A stretch of 64,000 bases of DNA, taken from Raja brachyura (taxonomy: Eukaryota). The position numbers and the translations under genes were made by a program. Under the pieces are notes generated by a model. The model searched no databases. It saw only the letters and a program-made list of their open reading frames with translations, and was not told where the DNA came from. Position 1 is the stretch's first letter, and every line of letters starts with the position of its first letter. This document shows, piece after piece, positions 34,136 to 45,800 of this stretch. The stretch lies in assembly GCA_963514005.1 (NCBI GenBank), contig OY740791.1, positions 39,804,001-39,868,000 of the forward strand, in the 5' to 3' direction.

Positions 34136-34984
34136 GAGTTTGCTTCACAGTATTGTTAACCAACACCCCGGTGAATTGAGGCAAATCATATCAGGCACTC
34201 GGTTCCTGCTCTGGCGTTACATCAATGTCCAACGTGTATGAATTACAACCTCCTTCAGCGTTGATATCAATTTAGATCCTCAGATCACTGGTGATAAAAT
34301 GCACCGAGCAGATCTCGTGTCTGTCCTGTGCAGTAGCAGCAGGAAGAGTGAAAATGTTGCCAAGTGCCAGACTGGTTGGGTCGCTGATCCACCTGAGTCT
34401 GGGATTTAGTGCCACTTTTCAGTGTTTTATTTGTGAAGAGAAGGCAATGAAATGGGGAGAAAGCGAGAGTCTCCGGGAAACTGAGATAATATTTCTAGCA
34501 TTTTTTATAATCATACTTTATTAGCCAAGTATGTTTTGCAACATATGAGGAATTTCATTTGCCATACAGTCATACCAATAAAAAGCAACAGAACACACAA
34601 AATACATTTTAACATAAACATCCATCTCAGTGAGAAATGTGGAGGAATCGCTGAGATGGAAGGTGAAAAAATGTTAAATCTCTTCCGCTTTGTTCTCCCG
34701 CAGTGGGGGGCCTCAAGCCTATCATTAACGGGATGATCTTGGCTCCCGTAGCCAGTGGTCGAGCCCTCCGTGACGGGGCAATGCATCGGGGGGGGGGAAT
34801 CTCAGCTCCCCTGCGATCTGACCCCGGGTCGGGGCTGGTGCGAGCTCCTCAATGATGAAATCTGCAGTTGGAGCGTCGATCCCAGGCAAGAGATTGGCTC
34901 CAATGGTAAGTCCACATCCCCGTCTGTTTCCATTATCACTCCAGGCTGCACTAACGGTTTCATTCTGCACACTGGAGTCTCTAA

Positions 34985-35700
34985 ACTGGAATAATGTGAG
35001 CCCCAAACCTGGTTTATCCTGGGCTGTTGTTATAACCATGACATTAGAAGTGGTAATACAGGTGGATAGAGCGGTAAAGAAGGCATCTGATATGCTTGTT
35101 TTCATAGGTTGGGACATTGAGTATAAGAGTCAAAAGTATAAGATGTAGCTCTACAGAACTTTGGCTGGGCTGCATTTAGAGTATTGTGTGCATTGCTGGT
35201 TGTCCCTGTGACAGGAGGGACGTGGAGACTTTGGAAAGGGTGCAGAGGAGCTTTCCCAGAATGATGCCTTGATCAGGAGGTATAAGCTGCTGGGAGAGGT
35301 TGGACAGACTTGTTTTGTTTGCTGTGCAACTGGAGATTGCGGGCAGAGATGATAGAAGTATCGACAATTATGAGGTGTAGAATGGTCTGGATGGTCAGAA
35401 TCTCTATCCCAGGAATGTAAAATCAAATACTGCAGGGCATAGTTTTAATGTGAGAAGGACAAAGTTTAAAGGAGGTTTGCAGGGCAAGTTTTTTACACAA
35501 AGATGGTGAGCACCTGGAATGCGCTGCTGAAGGTAATGGTTGAAGCAGATACGTTAGTGGTTTTTAAGAGACTTCCGGATAGGCATATGGATATACAGGG
35601 GATGGAGGGATATGCTTTATGTGCAAGTAGACAAGGGTTGGTCTTGGCATCATGTTTGGCACAGACATTGTGCTGACCTGTTGCATGTTCTATGTCCTAT
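34985..35700 (+). mobile_element. Old CR1 3' portion
   Basis: VKKA, LEYCVH and a typical 3' UTR ending in a tctatg tail. Confidence 0.75.
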
Positions 35701-36215
35701 GACTGATCCCTGTGCTGGGGTCAGACCCAGGTCCTCTTGGATATGGAACTGGGTGTATCGGGTAAGTGGTGCACTCCACCCCCACTCCCCCAATGTTTTA
35801 GCTTTATACATGTACCCTGGATCTGGCTTTGCTTGGGACCCTGCTCAGATAGAAGGAGAAACAAGTAAAATATCTCCTAGTGGCAGTTTCTAAAATAATT
35901 TGGTTTATTGAAAGCTTAATAGTGCACACTGTGAAACAATCTGAGAGAATTCAAAATGTTTCAGTGATTCACAGCACCCACAGCATTTTTATATTCTCAT
36001 GACACAATGGTTACTTGTGGAAGCTATAGTTCTGAAATAATTCATAATTGATCAATGTCTCTGTAACCTTTCATCTTTGTCTTTCCACAGAGTTATCTTT
36101 AACCTTATGTTCCCTGCTATTTACAAAACCACTCTCTCATTTGTCTAACAACCCCAATGTTTATTTTGCCTAAACTAGTTGTGCTGTGGAACATAAACAT
36201 CATGATAAATCTATT

Positions 36216-36316
36216 GTGGGTTACACAATAAGCTGGAGAAACTCAGCGGGTGCAGCAGCATCTAAGGAGCGAAGGAGATAGGCGACGTTTCGGATCGAGA
36301 CCCTTCTTCAGACTCA
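36216..36316 (-). mobile_element. Short Penelope-derived insertion with intact hammerhead core (36311-36284)
   Basis: 14-bp TSD ATGATAAATCTATT (36202-36215, 36317-36330). Confidence 0.85.
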
Positions 36317-36353
36317 ATGATAAATCTATTTATTGCCTCACTAACATCCTTAA

Positions 36354-36600
36354 GTTTAGTTTAGTTTAGTTTAGAGATGCAGCTCGGAAACAGACACTTC
36401 AGCCCACCAAGTCCGCACCGACAAGCAATCCCTGGAAATTAACACTATCCTACACAATCTTGGGACAATTTTACACATACACCAAGCCAATTAACCTACC
36501 TACCTGCATGTCTAGAGTGTGGGAGAAAACCGAAGATCTTGGAGAAAATCCACCGGTCACGGGGAGAACGGACAAACTCCGTACAGAAAGCACCCGTAGT
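36354..36600 (-). mobile_element. HE1-type SINE, 5'-truncated
   Basis: (CTAAA)n tail; body matches the copy at 40560. Confidence 0.8.
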
Positions 36601-36799
36601 CTTAAATACATTACAAACTACTCAACTTCCATATAACTTTCAAAATTTCCAACATGATCCGCGAAAGCGACAATGCAATGAATATTCACAACATTGGTTC
36701 CTGGAATGGCAACTATGATGTATGAGGAGATATTGAGTAGACCAAGACTGTATTCTCTCGACAGTAGAAAAATGAAACATGCAAAATTCATGTAGGTCG

Positions 36800-37275
36800 C
36801 AATAGACAATAGGTGCAGGCCATTAGGCCCTTCAAGCCAGCACCGCCATTCAATGTGATCATGGCTGATCATCCACAATCAGTACCCCGTTCCTGCCTTC
36901 TCCCCATATCCCCTGACTCTGCTATCTTCAAGAGCCCTATCTAGCTCTCTCTTGAAAGTATCCAAAGAACTGGACTCCACCGTCCTCTGAGGCAGAGAAT
37001 TCCACAGACTCACAACTTTCTGTGAGAAAAAGTGTTCCCTTATCTCCATTCTAAATGGCTTACCCCTTATTCTTAAACTGTGGCCACCTGGTTGTTGACT
37101 CCCCCAACATTGGGAACATGTTTCCTGCCTCTAGCCTGTCAAAACCCTTAATAATCTTATATGTTTCAATAAGATTCCCTCTCATCCTTCTAAATTTCAG
37201 AGTATACAAGCCCAGCCGCTCCATTCTCAGCATATGACAGTCCCCCCCCATCCCGGGAATTAACCTTGTGAACCT
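36800..37275 (-). mobile_element. CR1 3' fragment
   Basis: LGLYTLKFRRMRGNLIETYKI and 3' UTR. Confidence 0.88.
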
Positions 37276-39124
37276 TGTGAAGAGTGGGTGCTGAAAAAAT
37301 GTTTCTCTAGGGCAAAGTCCAGAAATAGTTGCGAAAAAAGGAAATAATTTCTGATGGAGGGTCTTTGACTTGAAAAGTTAGCTCTGTTAATCTTTCTACT
37401 GAACTTACCTGAGCTGCATCTTTACAGCATTTTCTGTCTATACCTATATTTCAGTAGGGCATTCAAGGTCTGTTTGGAAGTGACATTTCTTCACTCACAG
37501 GGTGCTGACTCTTTAAAATTCACTATTCAGAGGGCTGCAGAGAATCCGAGTTGTCGCGTTCATTCAAAGCAGAGATTGGCAGAGTTTTGAAGACAAAGTG
37601 AATCAAAGATATATGGGCAGGGCGGGAAATTGAGGTAGCTGAGGGAAAAGATCATCCAAGTTCTTGAAGATTCCCAAAGCAGACTTAAAGACAGTTCTTT
37701 GTTCACAACATAATAATTCAATGCTGAAATCAGAATTGTAACTAAAAGAATAGTTATAACTGTCAAGGGAATAAATGGACATGCAGTCTGTCTAATGTGT
37801 GGCATGGAGAAGGTTTGTTGTTGGTTTAAATTTGACTCACTAAATTTCTCAAGTCTTACATTTCCTTCCAGTTTCATTTCTCAAATTAACGAGCAAAAAT
37901 AAAACTGTCAATTCCCTCTTTCATGCTCCTTCCCCCTCATGATAACCCACAACAGTGCAGAGGAAGGAGGCACTCATTTATCACCAAATGTTTCTTTGTT
38001 TCAACTTTAGGCACTGGATTTAGAAAATGAGTGCTTGTAAATTTGAACATGGTGCCATTTTGCTGCAGTGATGATCTAGCTCCTGTTCCTTAAAGTTTTG
38101 GTCCAATGCCCAATGCATTTTGAGTGCAGCGTTTAGCGAATCTGTTAATGATTCAACATCATAAGATGTGAGTGACATTGTTCCCAAATTAAATTAGAAA
38201 AACTATAAGCTAATTTACCTTCACTGAAATAAAGTTGGGAAATGCTTCTCACACAAACAGAGATCAATGCTTCAAAGTCTATGTCATAAATTTAGAGATG
38301 TTAAAATGAATTAACCTGCAAGCTTCTGCAGTGTATATTGACTGTAACTGTGTACAGAAGATCGACAATATATTACTCAATCAAGAAATATTACTTACAA
38401 CAAAAAACAGGATATCTGACTCACAGAGATAAGTGGTGGGAGCATTTCTCTGTGTCTCCCTCTTCTCGCCAGTGCCAGTGTTGAACCAATAGGTCAGCCT
38501 GTGTTGAATAATTTCCTGCTACTTTCAGGTATCAAACCAATCATTTTAACACAGCTCAACCAGGTTACACGGCCACCCAAATTATAGGTTTAATTGGAGT
38601 TTGAATAATTTCAAAGCTTTTCTTAAAAAAATCTACAGTACTGTATCTAGAAAGAGAAAGAGAAATAAAAGAGAAACAAGAAATATTCAGCAGTTCATTC
38701 AGTTTCTATGGGCAGATGACCACTCAACGGGACTCGATTAAATTAAAAAGTCAGATATCAAATGTGTTCAATGTTACTGAGTATGGGGTGGGACGGGGAG
38801 GGCAAAGGGGATGTCTGTGATGGCGTGGTACCAGGAAGGACTGAATAATATTTACTGTGACAGCAGCTTCAGCTAGAGGAGATACACCACTTGCCTATTT
38901 ACTTCTTACCTTCTCAATATCCAGCAAATACAACATTCCGTCCTGCAGAAGCAGAGATACACCAGTGCCTCTTCTAATTCAGTCCCTTCCAATCAAGGCT
39001 TACAAAGTGATCGTCTCTACAGTAGGAAAACTAAACTCAGGAATAGATAACCACTTTGCAAAATCAGTCCACGGAGATGTCCATCAGTTTTCATTTGCCT
39101 GTCGCTGAACTTTTATTGCCTTCC

Positions 39125-39318
39125 CTCCCGGTGGAAAATGTTGATCCTGCTGTGGGGGGATGTTCCTGTTAAATTCTATAGTGTGTTGTGTCTTTTCTTC
39201 TTTATTTTGTATGGATGTATGGAAACCCAATTTATTATATGTACAGCACTTTGGTTTCAACACGAGTTGATTTAAATGTGCTATATAAGTAAAAATGACT
39301 TACTTACTTACTTACTTA
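39125..39318 (+). mobile_element. L2-type LINE 3' end, flanked by decayed Penelope pieces
   Basis: gtacagcactttg...gtgctatataa followed by a (CTTA)n tail. Confidence 0.55.
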
Positions 39319-40559
39319 AATCCCCTTTTCCACTGTCATTGTCCTCTTTCACTGTCTCAGTGAGGCCCAACAAAATATCAGGGCACTTCATCACTTCTTC
39401 CAACTGGGCACATCGCAGCTGCAAGATTTCAACACAATTTCTTGGAAAATGAATACCAAGGATTCATCACCTTTTGGTTGAAATCATTTCTTCTCATCTC
39501 AGTCTTGAGTGGGTCCTTTTGTTGCAAATGTGTCCCTGATTCTGGATGCCCAGTTATGAAGCAGTATTCTGCTGTCCTGGGCATCTCTCTTCTGCCCTGA
39601 AGCCTGGAATGAATTTAAAAGCTAACAGAGGTGGGTATGATATCAGATACATAGTTATGGGAGCAGGGTTTGAGCTGAATAACAATGATGCAGAGTATGG
39701 AAAATCCCATGAACAATTTCCCACAAGGTAATCCTTGCTGTGTAATGAGGCATGAAGGGGAGACTGAATGGGACCTTACCACACCCCTCAGTAATTGCAC
39801 AACCTTTTAGCCTTAGCTGCCCAAACTATGTGCTGATATCCACCATTTAGCTTTGAAACAAATGAAATTCAGTATTAACGCTTCTAGCCCCACCACCAGG
39901 AAGGTAAAATATGGAAAAGGTTCATAGATGGGGGGAGATTATGACCTTATATAAATTACTGCAGAAGACTATACTAACACCTAAAATCTGCCACAAATCT
40001 GCACACCCTTCTGTGTTAAACTGAGTAAACAGGGAAATACATTGCATTGCCACTAATTCAGAAATGTAGAAGTTTACACCAGAATTAATCTGTGAAGTTT
40101 CTTCTTATGTATTTTCTGTTCTTCCCTCGTCTTGAAAATGCCACCTCCAACTGGGTACCACCTCAGCTCGGTGTTGAATGAAACATTGAACTCAGACCCT
40201 CTTCTACATCAGAAGTGTGGAAGAGAGGCTTTGGTGTCCCTTAGAGCAGAGTTGTCCTGCTGTCCTTGTTATATTCATCATTTTTGCATTTATAGTTATT
40301 CATTTCACTGCTCTTTGTGGGACTGCTCACAAAATGGTCATCATAGTGGTCCAGAAAGAAAAACAGGGATTAATAGGCTGCCAGAGATTAAGGGAATTGA
40401 CAAACAAAATGCTTATGACGGAAATATAATGTTTCTTTCCACTTGAGATGCATTTTCAACCCTTCTGGTCTAGTGATTCTCTACAAATCAATGCCAAATA
40501 AATGAGTGGACTTTCTCCATTTAACTTGAAAATGGGCACTCTGTTGTACAGACTGTGCT

Positions 40560-40800
40560 GGGCAGCACTGTGGCACAGTGGTAGAATTGCTGCATTCCAG
40601 CGCTGGACACCTGGGTACAATCCTGACTGTGAGTGCTGTCTGTACGGGGTTTGTACTTTCTCCCCATGACCTGCGTGAGTTTTCTCCTGGTGCTCTGGTT
40701 TCTACCCACGCTCCAAAGACATGCAGGTTTGTAAATTGACTTTGGTGTCGTTGTAAATTATCCATAGTGTGTGTAGGATAGAGCTCGTGTGTGGGGATCT
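40560..40800 (+). mobile_element. HE1/V-SINE (tRNA-derived)
   Basis: A-box tggcacagtgg, B-box-like gggtacaatcc, V-domain-like ctccaaagacatgcagg. Confidence 0.8.
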
Positions 40801-41084
40801 CAGGTCGGATTCTGGGACAAACCTAATCCTAACTCGGAAACCGAATATGATGGACACTACTTGCACGACCATGGACTTACTTTTGTTTCTTGCACAAATA
40901 TCATGTTTTTTGCACAGTCTTTCTGTTTTCGCCGTGTTAGATAATTTAAATATAATTTAAATCCTATGTGCTAGTTGAGCCTATGCCTCTGTTAAGCTGC
41001 TGCAAACGAGATTGTCATTGCAACTGTGCCACACTGTGCTTGTGCATAAGAGAATAAAATCAAATTAATTTGACTTAATTAGAA

Positions 41085-41810
41085 CAAAAGGACAAAGGAC
41101 ATTTATTGTCACATACACCAATTGGTTTAGTGAAATTTGTCTTGCCATGCGGCACACAAAGATAAGACACAACAGTAAAGAATTTAACAATGAACATAAA
41201 AAACATCCCCCCACAATGGTTCCCATTATGTGGGAAGGCACGACTTCCTGTCCCAATCCCCTTGTCCACCCATAGTCGGGCCTATTGAGGCCTCCGCAGT
41301 CACTGCTACGGGGGACGATGTTACAGGCCCTTCTTTCTCCGGTGTCGGGAGAACCCTCTCAGCAGCTCAGGGTGCCTGTAATGGGCGTTTCTTTGCTGGA
41401 GACCGCGGCTTCCGACGCCAACAGGCCGCGCTGAATGGAGCTCCACAACTGGCGATCTAGCCGAGAGATCCCAGGCCCCCGACGTTAAAGTTGACGTTCA
41501 GCGCCGCTGCCCGCTGCCGACCGTCCCACAGTCCCGCAGCTCCGCGAAGTTCACCTGTGGTCTTCAGCTCACCGGAGCTCCAGCGCGGCGACCGGGGCAA
41601 GGCATCACCCGCTCTGCTCCGCGATAGTGCTCCAGTTCTGTGCTGCCACCGAAGCCGTGGTTCTGGGCGGTCCCCGCAGGACACGCCGCTCCAGGCCCGC
41701 TGGTAGGCCGTGAGGACGGGTCAACGATGCAGCCCAGAGAAAAGATGCCTCTCCGACCAGGTAGGGACCCCCACATAAAAGGCTAGGACTCTGAAAACAA
41801 AAAAACTCAA
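41085..41810 (-). mobile_element. GC-rich non-autonomous element with Rex1-like 3' tail
   Basis: 3' aaatttcac...gtgacaataaatgtcctttgtcc; reverse-complement match to 51000-51232. Confidence 0.6.
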
Positions 41811-42139
41811 CTAAGGACTGAGAAAGAGAGAATGCAAATTAGTCTCAATGGCAGAGAAGGTGGAGGGGGAGGACATTGGGTAGAACAAAGGGAAACAAGA
41901 ACTGTAGATGCTGGAATCATAATTTAAGCAAAACATAAAGTGTTGGAGGAATTCAACTGTTCAGGCAGCATCTGTGAAAGGAATGAAAGTGCCTTTGCAG
42001 GATGGAAGCCTTCTTCTGAGAAGGGAAATGTCTGTATTGTCGTGAACTGACGCAGACATTAATTTGACTGTTAAGCTAATTTGCCTGTTTCAAGTGTTGA
42101 AAATATGAAGCCTGTTTCATCTGGGCAGTTGGCTAATGC

Positions 42140-42560
42140 TGAGTAGGCCGGAATAAACAAATTAAATAAAAATAATGATTAAAATATTATGGGTTGGATC
42201 AATAGCAACCACAAATTGCCAGTCTTGATACAATAGAAAAAAAGTTGATGAATTCAATATTTATTACTACAACCAAAACACGCTCAGACAAAACATGAGG
42301 TGTTCTTACTTGAGGTTATGCCGGGCCTCGTAATAGTGCAGAAGGCCACACACACACACAGAGGTCAAAGTGAGAGCAGAATGGCGATTTAAAATGGCGG
42401 ATAATCGGAAGCTCAGGGTTGCCCCTGCTGACTGAGTTCAGGTGTTCTGCAAATTGATTACCCGATCTGTGTTTGGTTTCTACAATGTAGTGGAGGCCAC
42501 ATTGTAAACATCAAAAGCAACAGACTAGATTGGAAGAAGTGCAAGTGAACTGCTGTCCCC
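42140..42560 (-). mobile_element. Penelope GIY-YIG endonuclease fragment
   Basis: FTCTSSNLV..C..CGLHYIVETK..FAEHL. Confidence 0.75.
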
Positions 42561-42821
42561 TCTGAATGGTGGGAAGGGATAAGGTTTTTAGTTTAGTTTG
42601 GTTGAGAGATACAGCACGGAAAGAGGCCCTTCGACCCACCGAGTCTGCATCAACCAGTGATCCCAGCACATTCACACTACCCTACACCCACATAGTACGG
42701 AGAGATTTACATTTAAACCAAGCCAATAGGCGAGGGGGTGCCCTCGAGTATGGCTGCCCAGCCAGCAGCTGTCCATCCTTTTACCCTTAAAAAAAATGTT
42801 TTGTATGTTAAAAGTTCGTTT

Positions 42822-45800
42822 GGACTTCCAGTGGGGCTAATCGTGGAGTAGGGTGTGCGCCAGCTAGCTCCACGTGAAAAAACACGAAAAAAACAGGAGT
42901 AAAATAAAGAACTGACCTGCAGAAATCACTCCGGCAGCCTGCATGACGTCATCAGACCGCGACTCTGGAGACCTAATGTCGGTAACTCGCTCCCCCACAA
43001 AGGAACCGACTAAAAAACTACAAAAGGTAAACAACCGAAGGAGGAAGTAGGCCCGACTGAAGCCTCGGGCTCAGTTTTAACGTCATCCCAGGAGGGCGTC
43101 TCAAAGGCCCAGAAGACAAAGATAAAGAAAAGTGAAATGGAGGAACTTCATCACAAGGGAAATTGCAAGTATAAAAGAAGAATTGATAAGCTTTAAAAAA
43201 GAATTGAATATTAAAGAAATACTGAAAAGTCTTAAAAAAGAGATTAAAGAAGACTTCTCAGATTTTGAAAATAAAATGACTAATCTTGTCCATATGGAAC
43301 TGGCAACCATGAAGGAGGAAATGTCTGCAAATTTCGACTTAGAAATCAATGAAGTAAACGAAAAAATTAAGTCGAATTAAACCAACTTTAATGATAAGCT
43401 GGGGTTGACCTTCACTACAATGGATCATCAACTGGGGCTGCAAGCTGACGCAATAATTCACTTGGAAGAAACTACAGAGACACTCCTTGCCGAGAACAAG
43501 CGTTTATCAGATTTACTGTATAAAGTAACTGAAAAATGTATTGACTTGGAGGGCCGTCAGAGACGTCAGAATTTAAGAATTGTGGGCGTTCATGAGGGTA
43601 AAGAAGGAAATAAAGATCTCCGTGACTTTGCCGCAGACTTATTAAAAAAGTCTTGAATATAGATCAAAAGCCCTTATTAGGTCGGGCACACAGAGTTCGT
43701 GGACGTCGCTCGGACCCAAATGCCCCCCCAAGGCAGCTGATAGTGAAGGTGCAATATGATCATGTTTTGGATGACATCATGAAAACAATTGCTGGCACAA
43801 GAAATCTTATGCCTGATGGAGACAAAATAAGCATATTTCGAGATTACCCTGCAGGGGTGGTCAGAAGGAGAGTGTTATTCAATGAGACAAGAGGGATTCT
43901 TAAGAAGATAGACAACTTGAGATATGGATTGCTATACCCTGCAAGATTGAGAGTCACTTACCAGGAGAACAAACAGTTTTTCACTGATCACAAGAAAGCA
44001 TTGGCGTATGCTCGGAAGATTGTGGGCACGAGTGAGGACTGAATAACATTCATATAATATCGTCATCTTGCTGAGAATAAATGGAAGTTTAATTTGTTTT
44101 ACTCAAGGACTAATGAAAGCTGATAACGACAACTGAGCAATCCTTCTTGTTATGGACATATTATTCTAATATTTTAGTACTACTTTTTACTAAATTACTA
44201 ATCATTAAGAACACGTTATTATTATTGGAATAATTAGTTAAAAATATGAAATGTAAAAAAGGTATAATTTAGATATCTTATTAATTGGAATTAGTTGTGT
44301 TCTTCCTTTATTTACCTCAGAATAACATTCGAATAATAATTAGCTAAGAGAGTAATAGTCTCTCACTACATGATTACTAACACTCTGGACCAAAACAGTT
44401 CTAATTTAATCCCGTAAATTACTTTAATTGAAAAAAAAAAATTTAAGCGTGGAGCTAGGAATAATTTTTTTTAAGTCTATGGAAGTCCTTAGATGGCCAG
44501 CCACATTAGTGTGGCAAGCACTAACTACACTAACTTTAGATGTAGTTGCTTTTTTCTTCTTACACTTTATTATTTTTTTACTTTTTGTATTTTTTACTTA
44601 ATTACCATTTTAAACTTGAATTAATTTACAAATATTAATTGTGGAGATATGTCCGTGAGGATTTATTTCAATTAGATTTACAACTCATCTGTCCTGTGTT
44701 CGGGTGGAATGTCTGGTTTACTGTGCTGAGCTATCTGCTCTTTTATAGACCACCCTAACCACAAGATGCAAGACGTTAATAGAAAAAACGGGGGTCAAGG
44801 AATTACTTTTTGTAGTTGGAATGTTAAGGGAATTAATGAATCAATCAAGAGAGGTAAGGTATTAGCACACTTAAAATCACTCAAAACAGATATAACATTT
44901 CTTCAAGAAACCCATCTTAAAAACGACGCACAACATAGATTGAAAGCAAAATGGATCGCTGAAACATATCATTCTTCATTCTCCCATAAGGCCAGAGGTG
45001 TTGCAATTTTAATTCGTAAAGGTATACCTTTTAAACACATATCAACTATTGCGGACACTAATGGTAGATATATTATACTAGTAGGTGAATTATATCTAAA
45101 AAAAAGTGATTTTTCTCAATGTCCATGGACCAAATTTTGATAATCCTTTGTTTTTTAAGAATATACTAGCCCAGAGCTCACACAACATAATTTGATAATC
45201 GGTGGAGATTTAAATTGTACACTAGATTCCTATCTCGATAGATCATCAAGACAAAGAAAAGCAAAATCCAAGACCAGCGAATTATTAAACTCATACATCA
45301 ATACTACCAATATCAAGGATGTTTGGAGAATTGAAAACCCATCTGGAAGGGAATACTCACTTTACTCACCGGTACATAAAACCTATTCAAGGATAGACTA
45401 CTTTTTAGTAGATTCTAAACTTATCCCATTTACTTATAACTCGAAATATCATAATATTATAATTTCGGACCATGCTCCTTTAACATTTATGATCAAACTA
45501 AGTGGAATGACTGATAAGCAGACACAATGAAGACTTAATCCTCAAATTTTAAATGATAAAGCATGTTACGAATATCTTATCACACAGTTAAACATGTTTT
45601 TTGAGACAACCGACTGCCCTGGAATATCTGTCTCCCTTCTTTGGGAAACATTTAAAGTATTTATGCTTAGAGCGTTAATCTCCGCACAAGCCTTTCGTAA
45701 TAACGAAAACCGCGCCAAACAACTGGTATTGGAAATGGAAATAAGGCAATTAGATATGGAAAATGCAATCGCGCCTTCTATGATAATACATAATAGTAAG

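Noticed and set aside
37560-37877. Hydrophobic ORF as the TM exon of an upstream TIM paralogue (also 40217-40429 on +)
   Set aside because: No convincing splice sites and no companion IgV or tail exons; likely chance ORFs in AT-rich DNA.
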